From positions 3,596,001 through 3,660,000 of the forward strand of contig OZ116711.1 of NCBI GenBank assembly GCA_964199315.1: a DNA stretch of 64,000 bases, written 5' to 3'. The DNA comes from Orbicella franksi (Eukaryota). How positions within the stretch are numbered: position 1 is the first letter of the stretch; each line of letters begins with the position of its first letter. Under the pieces are notes generated by a model. The model was not told where the DNA came from. It worked only from the letters and a program-made list of their open reading frames with translations, and ran no database searches. Positions 45,201 through 57,475 of the stretch are shown here, piece by piece. Position numbers and translations under genes: made by a program.

Positions 45201-48200
45201 CTCAGAGGTTGCTTTAAGGCTATATCCATGGAACAATGTGATTGCACAACAACTTTACATCTATCTCTGTTCCCTTTTTGCTCGTGGATGATGTAATTTA
45301 CGTCATCCACATGAGCTTAGTAGGCAGTCCAATGGCACTCACTCACACACTCGATTCTGATTGTAACTGGCTGTCATCCGCATCAAACCAACACACAAGG
45401 AAGTCCTCTGAGCAGCTGTTGAGCTTTAAGTCTTTCTCTTTGACAATGTAGAGCTTGGTTATCCTCTGGTACCAGTACCTCTTTCTGGTTGCTTTAATTT
45501 GCTGATCATCACTTTAAAAGGTGCTGCATGGCATACGGCTATCTGAGGCAAAAATTCTGCACCCCACAGGGGTGTCATTAAGGGCCGGGTACCAGGCAAA
45601 CTGAGTGGCTGTGTGGACAATTTTGCCCATCTAGTTTGACCATCAAGCAGGAAGCTTTTCCCCGCCTGTGAAAACCACTTACCCTCCTGCTGAAAACGCT
45701 AATGAAATCCCTGATCCCAAGGGCTTGGCAGCATTGACAAAAGTAGCCCACTGGCAAAATACAATTGCTATGTACTTCGTGATCTTGGCTGGGTGCCGTG
45801 CCTGGGTATTTGTCTGATTCTTTAGCAAATGATGGCAAAATTAACCACCTACTCCAAGACCAAAACAATTGTGCAGACAAACAGTGACAAAAGAGCTGGA
45901 GAGCATTGGAAGACATGAGTGAGGCCAAACTGAATGGAAGCAACAGAGTCTGGTGGAGAGCTATGGTTCAAGTGCGTGCTTCTTGAGGGGCAAAGAGGAT
46001 TCCAACCAAGACTCCAACGATAAATCTACCTACTTCAAACCTTTATGACAACCCTGGCTTGCGCTCTATGCTCTACCACTTTAAAGGAGTTGTTATTGAC
46101 TGACCACAGATCTCTGCTTGAATAGAGACTACTCGGAAAAAAAACAGCGTGATCATTCACATTTCTACAACAGACTGCAAAAGCTTATAATAATATTTAG
46201 TCCACATCCAATCATTTCACAAAACAACTATGTGCAACTGCTGATCTGAAGCTTCACATGGTCCCTAATTCTTTCTAACAGATTGTAGAACTTGGTCTCC
46301 CTATGTTATTATTCACTTGCAAATTTGTATTTGCTTTGCTGATGCTTTCAATGAGTGCTTCATTGTGATGAAATCTTCCAAAAATTATGTGGATACCAGG
46401 CTATAATAATGCAACCAAATAGCTTGTGCTCTGCGATGGAAAGTCAAATATTTCTCCATACTTAAATGAGCTCCTGACCACTGTTTGATTCAAAGCCTTT
46501 TCTCAAAGACTACCAACAATTCACAATGCAGCTACCTCTGAACCAGAGAGTTTTGTGCTGACACTCAACTACAGGGTGTATAGGTATGGCTTATGAAGCA
46601 CGAAGCTTATTTAAAGCCACTTCCCCTTGTTACTTTTCGTGTTTGCTATAGTTCAGTTTAATTAAGACAACTTGGACAATGCATGATTTTCCAGATTACA
46701 TTGCTCTGACTGACTCTGGCCCTGACCATTACACCATGGCAACCCTAGATTGCAATGAGCACTCAAAAGTGGAACAGCTCTGACTCATGTTTCTGCAAAA
46801 GTGGCACTACCGGAGGACATCAGAGATCTCATTCAAGATGGCAAGGAGCTTGCTGGAGATGTCACATCCTTTAACATTAACCAAATGTGTGTCACCAAAA
46901 CCTATTCTTAAGGTGGTGGAGCTACTGTAAACAATGGACCTGATGGTGGATCAGAAGATTATCTTAGACCTGTGAGGAGATCTAACGTCACTGCAAGTTA
47001 ATTACAAAGATCAAGTTGCACATCTAAAAAAGAAACCAGCCTGCAAATTCAAAATGGTGCTCGTGTGTCTCAGTGACCTGGAAGACATTTGTGTTTTGCA
47101 ACCAATAAATAGCAAACTTACAGCTTACTCACAACATCCTGCACATTTCCTGGGTGGAAAGATCACTGAGAAAGGAACTTTGGAAGAAAAAAAAAGGCAA
47201 GATAGACACTGGATCTGCTTAATCAAATGGCAGTGAACTCTCTAACCACTGAAACATCGCCGTCATAAACTGGTTTGAATTCAAAATGTCTGAATGCTTG
47301 GTAGTTGTTCATCGCTGTCTAGCTTCATGGCTAGGCTAAAAGCTATCATTAGTCTTTTGTGTCAGAGAGACAAAAGACCTGGGCACCCTGTAATGGACAC
47401 TACCCTGCTACTGTGATAGGAAAGTGCTCAGCTTGACCCACGATAACTGGGTTCCTAATTATGCCCCGGTAAAATCTTAAGTTTTCTTCCTGGTGATTGC
47501 AAAGTTGTGAATCAAGGAGTGGGATCTTTTGTTTCCTCCAGAGCTTCCAACTTACAGTAATTCTTACTATTGACTCCCAGTCTGCATTGCTTTAAGAGGC
47601 TAACATGGAGCACCAACTTGCAGAAGTAAAAAGTGGTTCCTTCTAGTTCACTTGTTATCCTCATCATCATTGATTGCAGCATTGGCACTGCTTGATCATC
47701 TCCTCTCGCGATGAAGACTCAACCAATCACAATGTACCGAAATCACATGTAGGATTTTGCTTTCAGTTCTGTATCTTAATTATCTGTCTCTGAAATATTA
47801 AAGGGCATCAGTGATATATCCTGGATCAGAAGCCTTTTTCGTCAAGGCTGCAGATCTTTCTTCACTGGTTCCACCCTCCAAGCTGACTTTGCTTGAAGTC
47901 ATGTGGTGACCATTTTCTTCATAACTTTATACTGTACACAATTCCTGGTTTACCAGTTAAAGTCAATCAAGCAATATTGCTGTGACATCACATTTTACAA
48001 TCTACACCTGGATACAATTTGGACTTCATGTTAGAACAACACATCAAGTAATCTTCAGTGGAATCATCTCATGAAACCTTTCTCTACTCTATGACACCTT
48101 CCTCTATTGAAAAACCAACTTCAAAAAATATGGAATAAACTCTACCCCCAACTAGATTGTACAATTCTGCTCTTATTCGATGTCTGCTTTAAATGCCTGC

Positions 48201-49084
48201 CATGACTGATCTGCACACAAGAGAGAATTTCAATTGCTTGCTCCTGTGGACTTGCAACTTGGATCTGCCCTTTTAAAGCCTTGCCTGCACTGACTTGTAA
48301 TAATTTATTCCAACACTGGTTTAAACAGTGTTCACCAATATTAGCTTTTCTCCTCTCAACAGTATATCAGGCTTAACACCATTAATTAAAAGACAGAACG
48401 CTCACCTGCCCCTGACATATCAAGAATTGATGATTATTTCATTCTTACAGGATTTAACTCTCACTGTTCAACCTCACAAAGAACAGGTCTACGGTTTTGT
48501 TACCTTTCAGGATGCTTAAAATTAAACATCCTCCTGCAAATTAGTGCTTTACAACATGCACAATAATTGTCCTGGAGTTTCACTTCACATATTTTAGCTT
48601 TCAAAGAGCACACAGATTTTCTCCAGCTTTATTTCCTTGCTTTCTAGGGCTTTGCTTCACCTCACCTATATGTGTCTCTTTCATGACCAGGTGTCATATA
48701 AGGCCTCACTAGCGCTTGATGCTGCTGAGAACTTCAAAATGCAAGGCATACTTTTTCCAACAGACTGGAACAAGATGGCCTTCTTGACCTGAGGTCTGGT
48801 TTTGGTTTGTTGTCTTCCAACAGCGTCTTTACATGTACATGTCCTTTCTCTCTTCACAGTGATTTAGGCTGTTGTTGCTTGTGTATACTCTACACAGTTC
48901 TCTCTCTGACAGGAGTTTTCTGCCTTCTATTACTCAAACCCCACCTGCTGCACTATACTAATTAATTTATTCTCAACAGTTGTCTGCATGTCTCGTGAAA
49001 AATCATTCTTCTCCCATTTTAACAATATAAGTTCAAATTAAAACAATATGCCATTTGAGGAAGTAAGTAACAAAATGTATTCAT

Positions 49085-49740
49085 GCAAGCCAACAATGGG
49101 ATTCAAACCTATAACGTTTAAATTGCTGATCAAAATGCTCCACTGAGTGCTGAGCTGAAGGATCCACTGGGAGTGTTTGAGGTGACTTACACCAGCAATT
49201 GTCTTACAGGTGTATAAGATGAAAATTGTCTGAGTCACAAAGTTAATGCTGTTCATAATTTTCTCCAGGTTTGGAACTGAAGTAGGTTTGTATGTAAAGA
49301 CAGGTCAGCCAGCAACGTGTTTAGCAGAAGTGAACACACATGTATTTTCAATTGAAAATTCAGGCTTGAATGGGATTCAAACTCATATTAGACTGCAGTC
49401 TTGTACACCTCCAAGGGCAAATTTAATTACATCGTAAGCCACTTCAGGAGCAGGTCAATTACCAGATATACTTGATTTTTGAAATCGTAAAAAGGAACTG
49501 ATGTTCAAGTCCTCTGGTTTTTATGCAATGACTGTTTAATTCTGACACCAAAAGAATTATGCGAAAGGAAAGGTCAAGCAAATTCTTTGAACTTAGTATG
49601 TAACAAAAGTTGGTGAGTTCTTAAAAAAGGAAAAACAAAACAACATTGAGGCTACAATGGGATTCAAACCCATGAAATAGGACTGCAGTTCTACTGCTCA
49701 ATCAGAGCTACAAAGCTGCTGGGAGCATGTCTTTGTACAA
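49085..49740 (-). mobile_element. Three eroded tRNA-derived SINE heads
   Basis: atgggattcaaac at ~49097, ~49370 and ~49658 is the reverse complement of a B box (ggattcgaacc) with CpG converted to CpA. Confidence 0.6.
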
Positions 49741-49964
49741 TTATTCAGGCCATGAAAAGATGACTACATAATAAATTATTATCAATGAAATAAATCCTAG
49801 GATGTGCACATGAACTTGGTGGTTGAAATTCATTGCAGGCCTGAATTTCAGTCATGCTACAGTTCACATGATTGTATGATTTATTTCATATAATTGTACT
49901 ATCATGAAAAGTGATGTGTGCTATAGAGTTACAGTCCTCAGCAACCATGTGCAGCAGAAAATGT

Positions 49965-50285
49965 CAACCATAAGCCCATACAAAGCAATCAAGTCAGACC
50001 ATCAGCACCAACCAGAACAGTGGATCTGTGAGTCCATAGAGAGCAGTCAAGTCAGACCATCATCAGGATCAACCAGGACAGTGGATTGGGCAGTGGATCT
50101 GTCAGCCCATACAGAGCAGTCAAGTCAGACCATCAGGACCAACCAGGACAGTGGATCTGTCAGCCCATACAGAGCAGTCAAGTCAGACCATCAGGACCAA
50201 CCAGGAAGGTGGGTCTGTCTATACAGAGCAGTCGGGACCAACTAGGACCACAGAGCTCAAGTTTGAAAGCCAGTCAAGTCAGGTA
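49965..50285. repeat. 58-bp minisatellite, ~5 units
   Basis: Unit gtcagcccatacagagcagtcaagtcagaccatcaggaccaaccaggacagtggatct, period 58 (50101 to 50159). Confidence 0.9.
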
Positions 50286-53200
50286 CAGTGTATATGTAGT
50301 CAAGAATGCTACATCGAGTTATAATGGTCAGTAATCACTTTATATTACACAAGTATAAGGTAGTACCACTACCCAAAAGGCAAAACTTGTTCCTCTCCAT
50401 GTACATGTAAACAAAATGCATGTCTTAGAAGTAAATAATGTTCCTGGTCAATTATTTATTTCTTCTAAATGTCAAAACAATAAAACAAGTTGGCCTCAAC
50501 ATCAAAAAGGAGGAGCATAATCATAAAAGTTAGTGGCAAAAAACACTTTGCCCAAACTCGGTGCTCTGAATTGAAATATTTTGATTCACTCTAAAAGTGT
50601 TGTACAATATTGTCATCTGTAGACTAGAACTACAGTAGATTATAAATGATCAGACTTGACTAATGAATACCTGTCCAGTATTTATTGACAGTCAAAGAGA
50701 TATAGAAAATGACATTAATTTCTGATTGCTTTTCTTCCACATTTTAGATCAACCATGTAAAAAGTTGTCTGAGATGCCTGCTTATAAAAGGACTTTCATT
50801 TTGTGTACCTGTCAATATGTAGCTGATCATGATGCCAAAGTCATAAGAGGTGAAAGAACACAGCAGCCCAGTCAGATCAACCTGAAAGGAATTGATGAAC
50901 AAAAAGCTCCAGCTTAACTCTGGTCTTGAAGGTAAGAAATATGTAATTATATCTGACCAAATGAGAAAAAACATGCCCGCATTGGCTCAAAGACAGTCCC
51001 ACCGGCCAGAAGTCCTCTGACCACCAACCCCTCCCCCCTGACTAAGGGATTGGCCCTTCGTGCATGCACGTGGCATGGACCACTCCAGCAGGGCCATGTC
51101 AAAACAGAAGCCTCAAAAGAGGTTAAACAACTGAGTAAAATGGCAGAAACACGGTCAATATCAAGGTTATTTCACAATGAACACTAGGTCTGGCTAGCAG
51201 AGGATGTCAGTACAAGACACCCTCCCCTCCCCGCTGCCTTTGACAGCTGGCCGCCAGCAGACCACCAGGAGATAGGCCAGCACCTGGGCCATGTGCCCAG
51301 CCTGGCCTTAAAAGAGCCCCCCCCCCCCCCCCCTTGGGTTTAAGGTCACTAGCTTAGCCTGAATCCAGGTGAAAACCTTGAAATCACTCAGATATACATG
51401 TACATGTAGCTAATTGACCGACCTTTCTGACTAATACTCTGACAAACTATGTCAGTGTTGACAGAAGTGCCAAGAACTGTTATTAATAATAAAGTTGTTA
51501 CAGAGCAAGACCTTGATCTCCAGTTACTATGGATCAACTTTTAAAATAGAAATCCTGAAAATAGTTAAAAGATTCAAAGTGCCATAAAAATAATTTTCCC
51601 CTTGAATATCAGTGACCCCAAACTTTGTCAACCATGTTGCTAATTGCTCTTTCCTTTTTTAAAGGCTGCACTCTTTTTCATGTACAGTTGAAGCCCTTTA
51701 GTTAGTATATTTTTCTTGACAAAAACAGGTCCCCTTCAAAACTAACCATCAGTAATCAATAAATAAATGTGTACACAAGCACAAGCATAAGCTAGAGAGG
51801 ATGGCAGCAACATCAAGTATAACGACACTCTCTTTCTTCTTAGGCCATGGTTAAACATCAAAATTTACATGAGCTGGACCTAATGCAAATCATAGGACTC
51901 GTGATGGAGATTCAACAACATATGAAGAGTAAGTTTGTGTTTGTTTTTTTATATTTTCCCTAAGACTGTTATGTTGTTAATGATAACCAGCCACTTTACA
52001 TGGCCAGTGGCACCTGGTTTTGTTTCCCACCTACATTGTATTAAGTACTCAGTGAAAAATAAAAATTGAAAATTATAATTTATAATTATTATTTACTCTT
52101 CAAGTCATGAACATAGTTTACTTTAAATTAATTTCTAAAGTTTATGCAATTTTGTACACAGATGATTTGTTAAAATCTTTAGAATCTACAGAACCATAAA
52201 TCTAATATTTCTCAAGCAAGGGAAGAAATTTATTCCTATGCAGAAACATTGTATGTGTTAAAGGCAGTCCTAGTGACACAATTTTACATCTACAGTGTGT
52301 ATGTCCAAGTAATGAGTCTGAGAAACATTTATTAACTTGCAAAAGTTTGGTGTGCAGTTATTATAGTGTGATATTTTTTGGTTATTTTCAGCCGACAATC
52401 GTGGATGATTCATGCTGGAGAGGAGAAAGGCAAATCACTGGATCACACAAAGGACAAGCAACTTGATGAATCACGGAAGATGTCAGGAGACCATGATAAT
52501 CAAGACAATGCAAAGTGTTCAGGAGGACAAGTTTATATTTAATTAATAAATTATTTATCTAGTAACATTATGTTTGTCATGGTACTTCTTTTCAGTGGAC
52601 AGCATAGTCACATACAGATTTGTGTCGTGCATCAAATGAAAATTCTAATAAAATATCCCTATTTACTACAAATAATAGCAACAAAGCTATTTATTTAAAG
52701 ACTTATAAATAGCTTAAAATGCTATTATTTAAAAACAACAGTCAAGCATTATTAAGAAATAGTTGCCTGATGCTATCATTAAAGAAATGATAGCTTTGAA
52801 TGCAATTATTTCAAAATAATAGCTTGATGAATTTTTTCTATTCAAAAATTATAGCTTACAGGAAGCTATAATTTTTAAAATGGATTCTGGAAAGTTATTC
52901 TTTTTGATATAAGAATAGCTTCAGAGTTCTTACAAATTAGAATTTCATTTGATGTCAAGACTCGTGTCTGTATGTGATTAGATTTGTCCTCTGAAGAGAA
53001 AGATACTGACATGACAATTAAGCTTGTTGGCAAAATTGGACACCATTTACTGATTACATATTCAATAACTTGATTTCTGTCAGTCTGTGAATATCAAGAC
53101 CATTGAAGCCAGGCTTGAATTTTAAATCACCAGATTAATCATTGGAAATTCAATAGCCAGGAAACATCTGGACATCATGAACTCTTCATGATTAACTTTC

Positions 53201-53550
53201 AAAGCTAAGCTGATCATAACAATTAACCCTGAACAACAACTAATGCTCTTATAACTCATGGAGAGTTCTACATGTTCCAGTTTAGACTGGAAAAAAAAAT
53301 TAAATTAAAAGCCTTTTTGCATGATTCAAATCTCCTTTAAAATTCAAGTCTAGCTGCTACTTAAATTAAAAATTGCTTTGCTGAAAAGAAACTTTTATGT
53401 TAACTAGCCAATGTAAAGTACATGTTCTGGTCAGCTGTTAGGCCCTAGGCTTTTTGCAATGTTAAGCAAGTTACTTTTGTCATTTAAGAGAAGTCGTTAT
53501 TGTTTTTGGTAAAGAAATAGAATCCACCATGATGCATTTTTATGTGACTA

Positions 53551-53866
53551 GCCTGCTACAAACGTGGAAGTTAGTTTGTGAGAACTTAAAAGTTTGGGAT
53601 TTGGGATGGATTGGGGGTTTAGGGTGCCAAGGGAGATGGATTTTGGTTAGGGATAAGGGCTAAGGTTTGGGCCAGGAATTGGGCTCGGGTGGGGGTTAAG
53701 GGCAAGGGTTTGGGTTGGGGGGTTGGGGACCATTTGGGAACTTGGGACTTGACGGTTAGGGTGAGGGATTAGGGTTTGGGTCGGGGTGAACAATTGGGGA
53801 TTTGGGTGAGGGTTAGGGTATGTGGGTTGAAGTTCTCACAATCTCACTCAAGTTTTTGCAGCAAGT
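53551..53866. repeat. Degenerate TTAGGG-like G-rich tract (53590-53829) enclosed by ~37-bp imperfect inverted repeats
   Basis: Several ttaggg/ttgggg/tttggg units. Inner IR ttgtgagaactt / aagttctcacaa is perfect over 12 bp. Confidence 0.75.
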
Positions 53867-54084
53867 TACATGAATCTTTGATATGCTAGGCATGATGTTA
53901 CAGAACATGTGTAAATTATCATTTATACCAGGTATCCTCGAGAGATAATTATTCTTCACTTGATGCTGACCAGTTCTGTGCATTACTTGGGATTATTTTG
54001 TTATTACTTACAATAGGTCTTAGTTTCATTCATTTATTTTTGACAGTGATTAAACAAGTACAAGTACATGTTAGAATTTTCTTA

Positions 54085-54560
54085 ACCTTTAAACTCCAGA
54101 GGTTTAGGTGAGGTGCAGTGGTTTGGAGAATATGTTTCCAGTTTTTCTCCGGGTGAGGAGTTTTACTGGTTTTCGCATCCGGCATTTCACCACTATTTAT
54201 ATATTTGTGTAGATGGCAGTATTAATTAATTACAAGGTGTTTCACTTAGGATTATTAATCATAGCTTTTTTGACCTTTAAACTCCAGAGGTTCCTGGTGA
54301 GGTGTAGTGGTTTGGAGAATGTTTCCAGTTTTCCTCAGATTGAGTTTTTTCTGGTTTTTTGCATCTGGCATTTCACCACTACAATATTGCGTAGTTGTAT
54401 TTTTCTGATTACACTGCGTTTCACCTAGGATCATAGCTCTTTTGACCATAAATTAAACTCCAGAGTTTCCAGTGAGGTGTTCAAAGTGGTTTGATGTTTC
54501 CAGTTTTTCTCTGATTGAGTTCTTACTGGTTTTTTGCATCTGGCTTTTCACCACTGTAGT
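54085..54560. repeat. Three ~180-bp tandem units
   Basis: aaactccagag...gtgaggtg...tgtttccagtttt...gcatc(c/t)ggc.tttcaccact at ~54090, ~54279 and ~54454. Confidence 0.85.
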
Positions 54561-54861
54561 GCTTCCGCATATTCAACACTTTCATAATTTCACCAATTTT
54601 CAATTCGCATAACATAAGCCAGAATAGTTTACACTTTACTTGTAGCAAGTTGTTAGTCACCCTTGCTACTTTTTTTTAAATCAACGAAAATGAATTTAGG
54701 ATTATAAATCAATAAAATAATCATATGACATCCATGTACTATTGTTTTAGTTCTGTTTATACATTCAAAAGTTTTTCGAGCAAGCAAGACTGACCCATTT
54801 TTGTGCACACAATCTACACAGAGGTACACTGTAGCTACTGTTACATGTATATTTTATTTAA

Positions 54862-55044
54862 GGGTGCGTTCCTTTGAGGTGATCTGGATCAGGATCAGTA
54901 ATCCAAGATCACTCGGATCATGGTGCATCAAGGGAGCCGATGAATCCACTCAGGTCACGGATTCATCGGCTCCTTTGACGCAACACGATCCGAGTGATCT
55001 TGGATCACTGGTCCTGATCCAGATCACCCCAAAGGAACGCACCC
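54862..55044. mobile_element. 183-bp palindromic MITE (~86-bp arms, 11-nt loop)
   Basis: gggtgcgttcctttg.ggtgatctggatcagga...gccgatgaatcc | actcaggtcac | ggattcatcggc...tcctgatccagatcacc.caaaggaacgcaccc. Confidence 0.9.
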
Positions 55045-55560
55045 GCTGCCTGCGTACTAATTGGTTGGACTTGGAGCCAAACTAGTGAGCTCGGTTTTTA
55101 CTTTCTTCAGGAGTAGAATGGTAGGGACTGTTTAAGAAATAACAAATTTTTGAGCTATTGAAATCACACGAGACAAGCCGAAATCGATCAAAAGGCGAGC
55201 ATAACTTCCATTATTGTAGCAAACTTATTTGTGAATCAATCACAGAAAATAATCTTACCGGCAAAACCTTGGTGAAGAAATAATTGCAAGCTACGTTCAC
55301 TTAGCTTTACGAATTTATGCCGCTTTTGTTGAAATCAAACAAGTTATGCTTACCTGTGATCATAAGCTGCGATATCAGTGTACACAAATAACAAACCTAT
55401 CTTGAAGCAAAGGAATAGTGAAATCGCCTAGTGAAATCATGCTAAACTCTTGCCTGTGGCGAGTGGAGCGATCAACGTTTGTGCTCAGTTCGGCCGCGCG
55501 AAAGTTGGGGCCGGGGCAAATAGCGGGTCGCGCGGCCGCACAGCAAATCGTAATGAAAAC

Positions 55561-55813
55561 AATGCTTGGTTTTCAGTGTCACGCAATTCAAAGTAGATCA
55601 AAATAAAAGTCAAAACTGGTCAATAGATAGTCCAGAATCTGGGAAATGAAAGAAAGTAAATATGCAAAGACTCTCGCCAAAATTCTGGTCACAGCAATTT
55701 TTCTTATGCGAGATATGCGGAGAAATTTTTTACCCAAATTTATGGAGATTTGTATGGAGACGCCATGCTGGTGCCCATCCGTATGGGCACCAACATGGCG
55801 GCCGGAAACCAAC

Positions 55814-55845
<32 letters not shown>

Positions 55846-56137
55846 ACGTGAATTTATCCCTCGAGAAACTCTAAAACATAAAAATAATACTTTTTCTAAG
55901 ACATGAACTGTTCAGATAGCCAAGTTCCCCGAATCTAGGCCGTCACGTAAATGCCACGTCACGCAAAAGTTTAGAAATTCAAGCGTAGTGTATCACAAAA
56001 CCAAAAACCCATTCGGAGCGAAAATTTGTATGAGTATTAGTTTTCAGCTGCTCTTATACATCATTTAAGTAAAATCTCAGGAAGATCAATAGTTTTGTAG
56101 TTCGAATTCTAGTGACGTCATGTGAAAACCAGCTATA
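55561..56137. mobile_element. ~575-bp MITE, second copy of 18721-19290
   Basis: Colinear with 18721-19290. Source of the spurious ORFs at 55588-55874. Confidence 0.85.
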
Positions 56138-56164
56138 GCCTCCATTAGGGCGCGAAATCGTCCT

Positions 56165-56440
56165 TGGACATTATCTGTTCCTCGAAGCTCACAGTTTTTC
56201 CTCGAGCTACCCTCTCGGAAAACTGTTTGCTTCTCGGAACAGACAATGTCCCGAACAAATATCCGAGGGTATTTTTGCGCCAAATGAAGGCTGTTATTTA
56301 CATATTTTCGCGCCAGATGGAGGCTATTGTGTTTATTATCCTTCAAATATGCGCACGCGCAGTTTTGAAAACTGGCGAATATCACCCGGATATTCCCTAG
56401 CTTTAGCTGGGGCACATTCAGTCACATGACGAGTTTAGAC
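56165..56440. mobile_element. Interspersed repeat (recalled common anthozoan MITE fragment)
   Basis: ttatctgttcctcgaagctcacagtttt...ctcggaacaga.aatgtcc, with an internal short duplication gcgcca.atg.aggct.tt. Confidence 0.5.
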
Positions 56441-56889
56441 TAATGAACGAATCAAGTCAAGTTACGCGCGCGATGCCACTTGTTACAAAAAGAGTCAAGT
56501 GAAATTGCCCGGGTGATGCTACTGACTACAGAGGGAATCAAGTCAAGTTACGCGCGTGTTGCAGATGACTACAGGTGTCAAATAAAATCACGTGCAGTTC
56601 CACTGACTACTAAGTAAAATTACGCGCGCGATTCCACCGACTACAGAAGAAATCAAGTGAAATTACGCGCGCGATGCCACTGTCTTTAAACAATTATTGG
56701 ATAAGGTTTTGTGATATCCAGAATAATCAAGGTCAACCAAGGTAGGAGTTACCAGTCGAAGGCTAAGGCTGATAACCCTTACAATTGTTTTATTATATAT
56801 TGAACGAAAAAAAATGGAAGTTATGTTTTTGCTTCTTCACTGACGGCAAGCACACAAACACAAACACAAAGCGCGCGAGCTTGACATGA

Positions 56890-57072
56890 TACACGTTATT
56901 CCAAAATGGCCGCCATTTAAGTATTCTTTTGTTTACTTGCAAATTAGCCCTTTTTGCCTCGTTCTTAAACTCGAAATTCAAAAGAATATTTTTCCTTAAA
57001 CGAGGCAACAAGGGCTCATTTTCAAGTAAACAAAAGAATACTAAAATGGCGGCCATGTTGGAATAACGTGTA
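56890..57072. mobile_element. Palindromic MITE with ~60-bp TIRs
   Basis: tacacgttattccaa(a/c)atggccgccattt(a/t)agtattcttttgtttacttg and its reverse complement. Confidence 0.9.
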
Positions 57073-57084
57073 TTACCCTTATCC

Positions 57085-57475
57085 CTGGTCCTAACTAACG
57101 ACGCAAACATAAGCATAAGCATAAGGATAAAAGAAGCTTATGCGTTAGTGAGGACAGCCACGACATAAGCATAAGCATAAGCATAAGAATATTAAAACCT
57201 TGCGTTCTTGTTATGCTTATGCTTATGCCTATGTCGCTATTGCGTCCAGTCAGGACATGTTGGCATAAGCATAAACATAAGCATAAGCGTAAGACTATCA
57301 GCCAATCAGCGAGCACTTTATGCTTATGTCAACATGTCCTCAGTGAGCATAAGCCTAAGCATAAGAAGAAAGCTTATGCTATGCTTAAGTCGCGGCTGTC
57401 CTCACTAGCATATGAGCTTCTTACTGCTTATGTTTATACTTATGCTTGCGTCGCCAGTGAGGACCGGCCTTTAAA
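57085..57475. mobile_element. Foldback element with internal (AGCATA)n / (TATGCT)n
   Basis: Ends ggtcctaactaacgacgcaaacataagc / gcttatgcttgcgtcgccagtgaggacc are complementary. Confidence 0.8.

Noticed and set aside
43900-48400. Decayed transposase or reverse transcriptase
   Set aside because: Only isolated hints (DSP, QGFKR, FGL), with no ordered catalytic motif set recoverable by eye.
55588-56415. Cluster of overlapping ORFs
   Set aside because: They lie wholly within MITE copies, and the paralogous copy at 18721-19290 does not preserve them.
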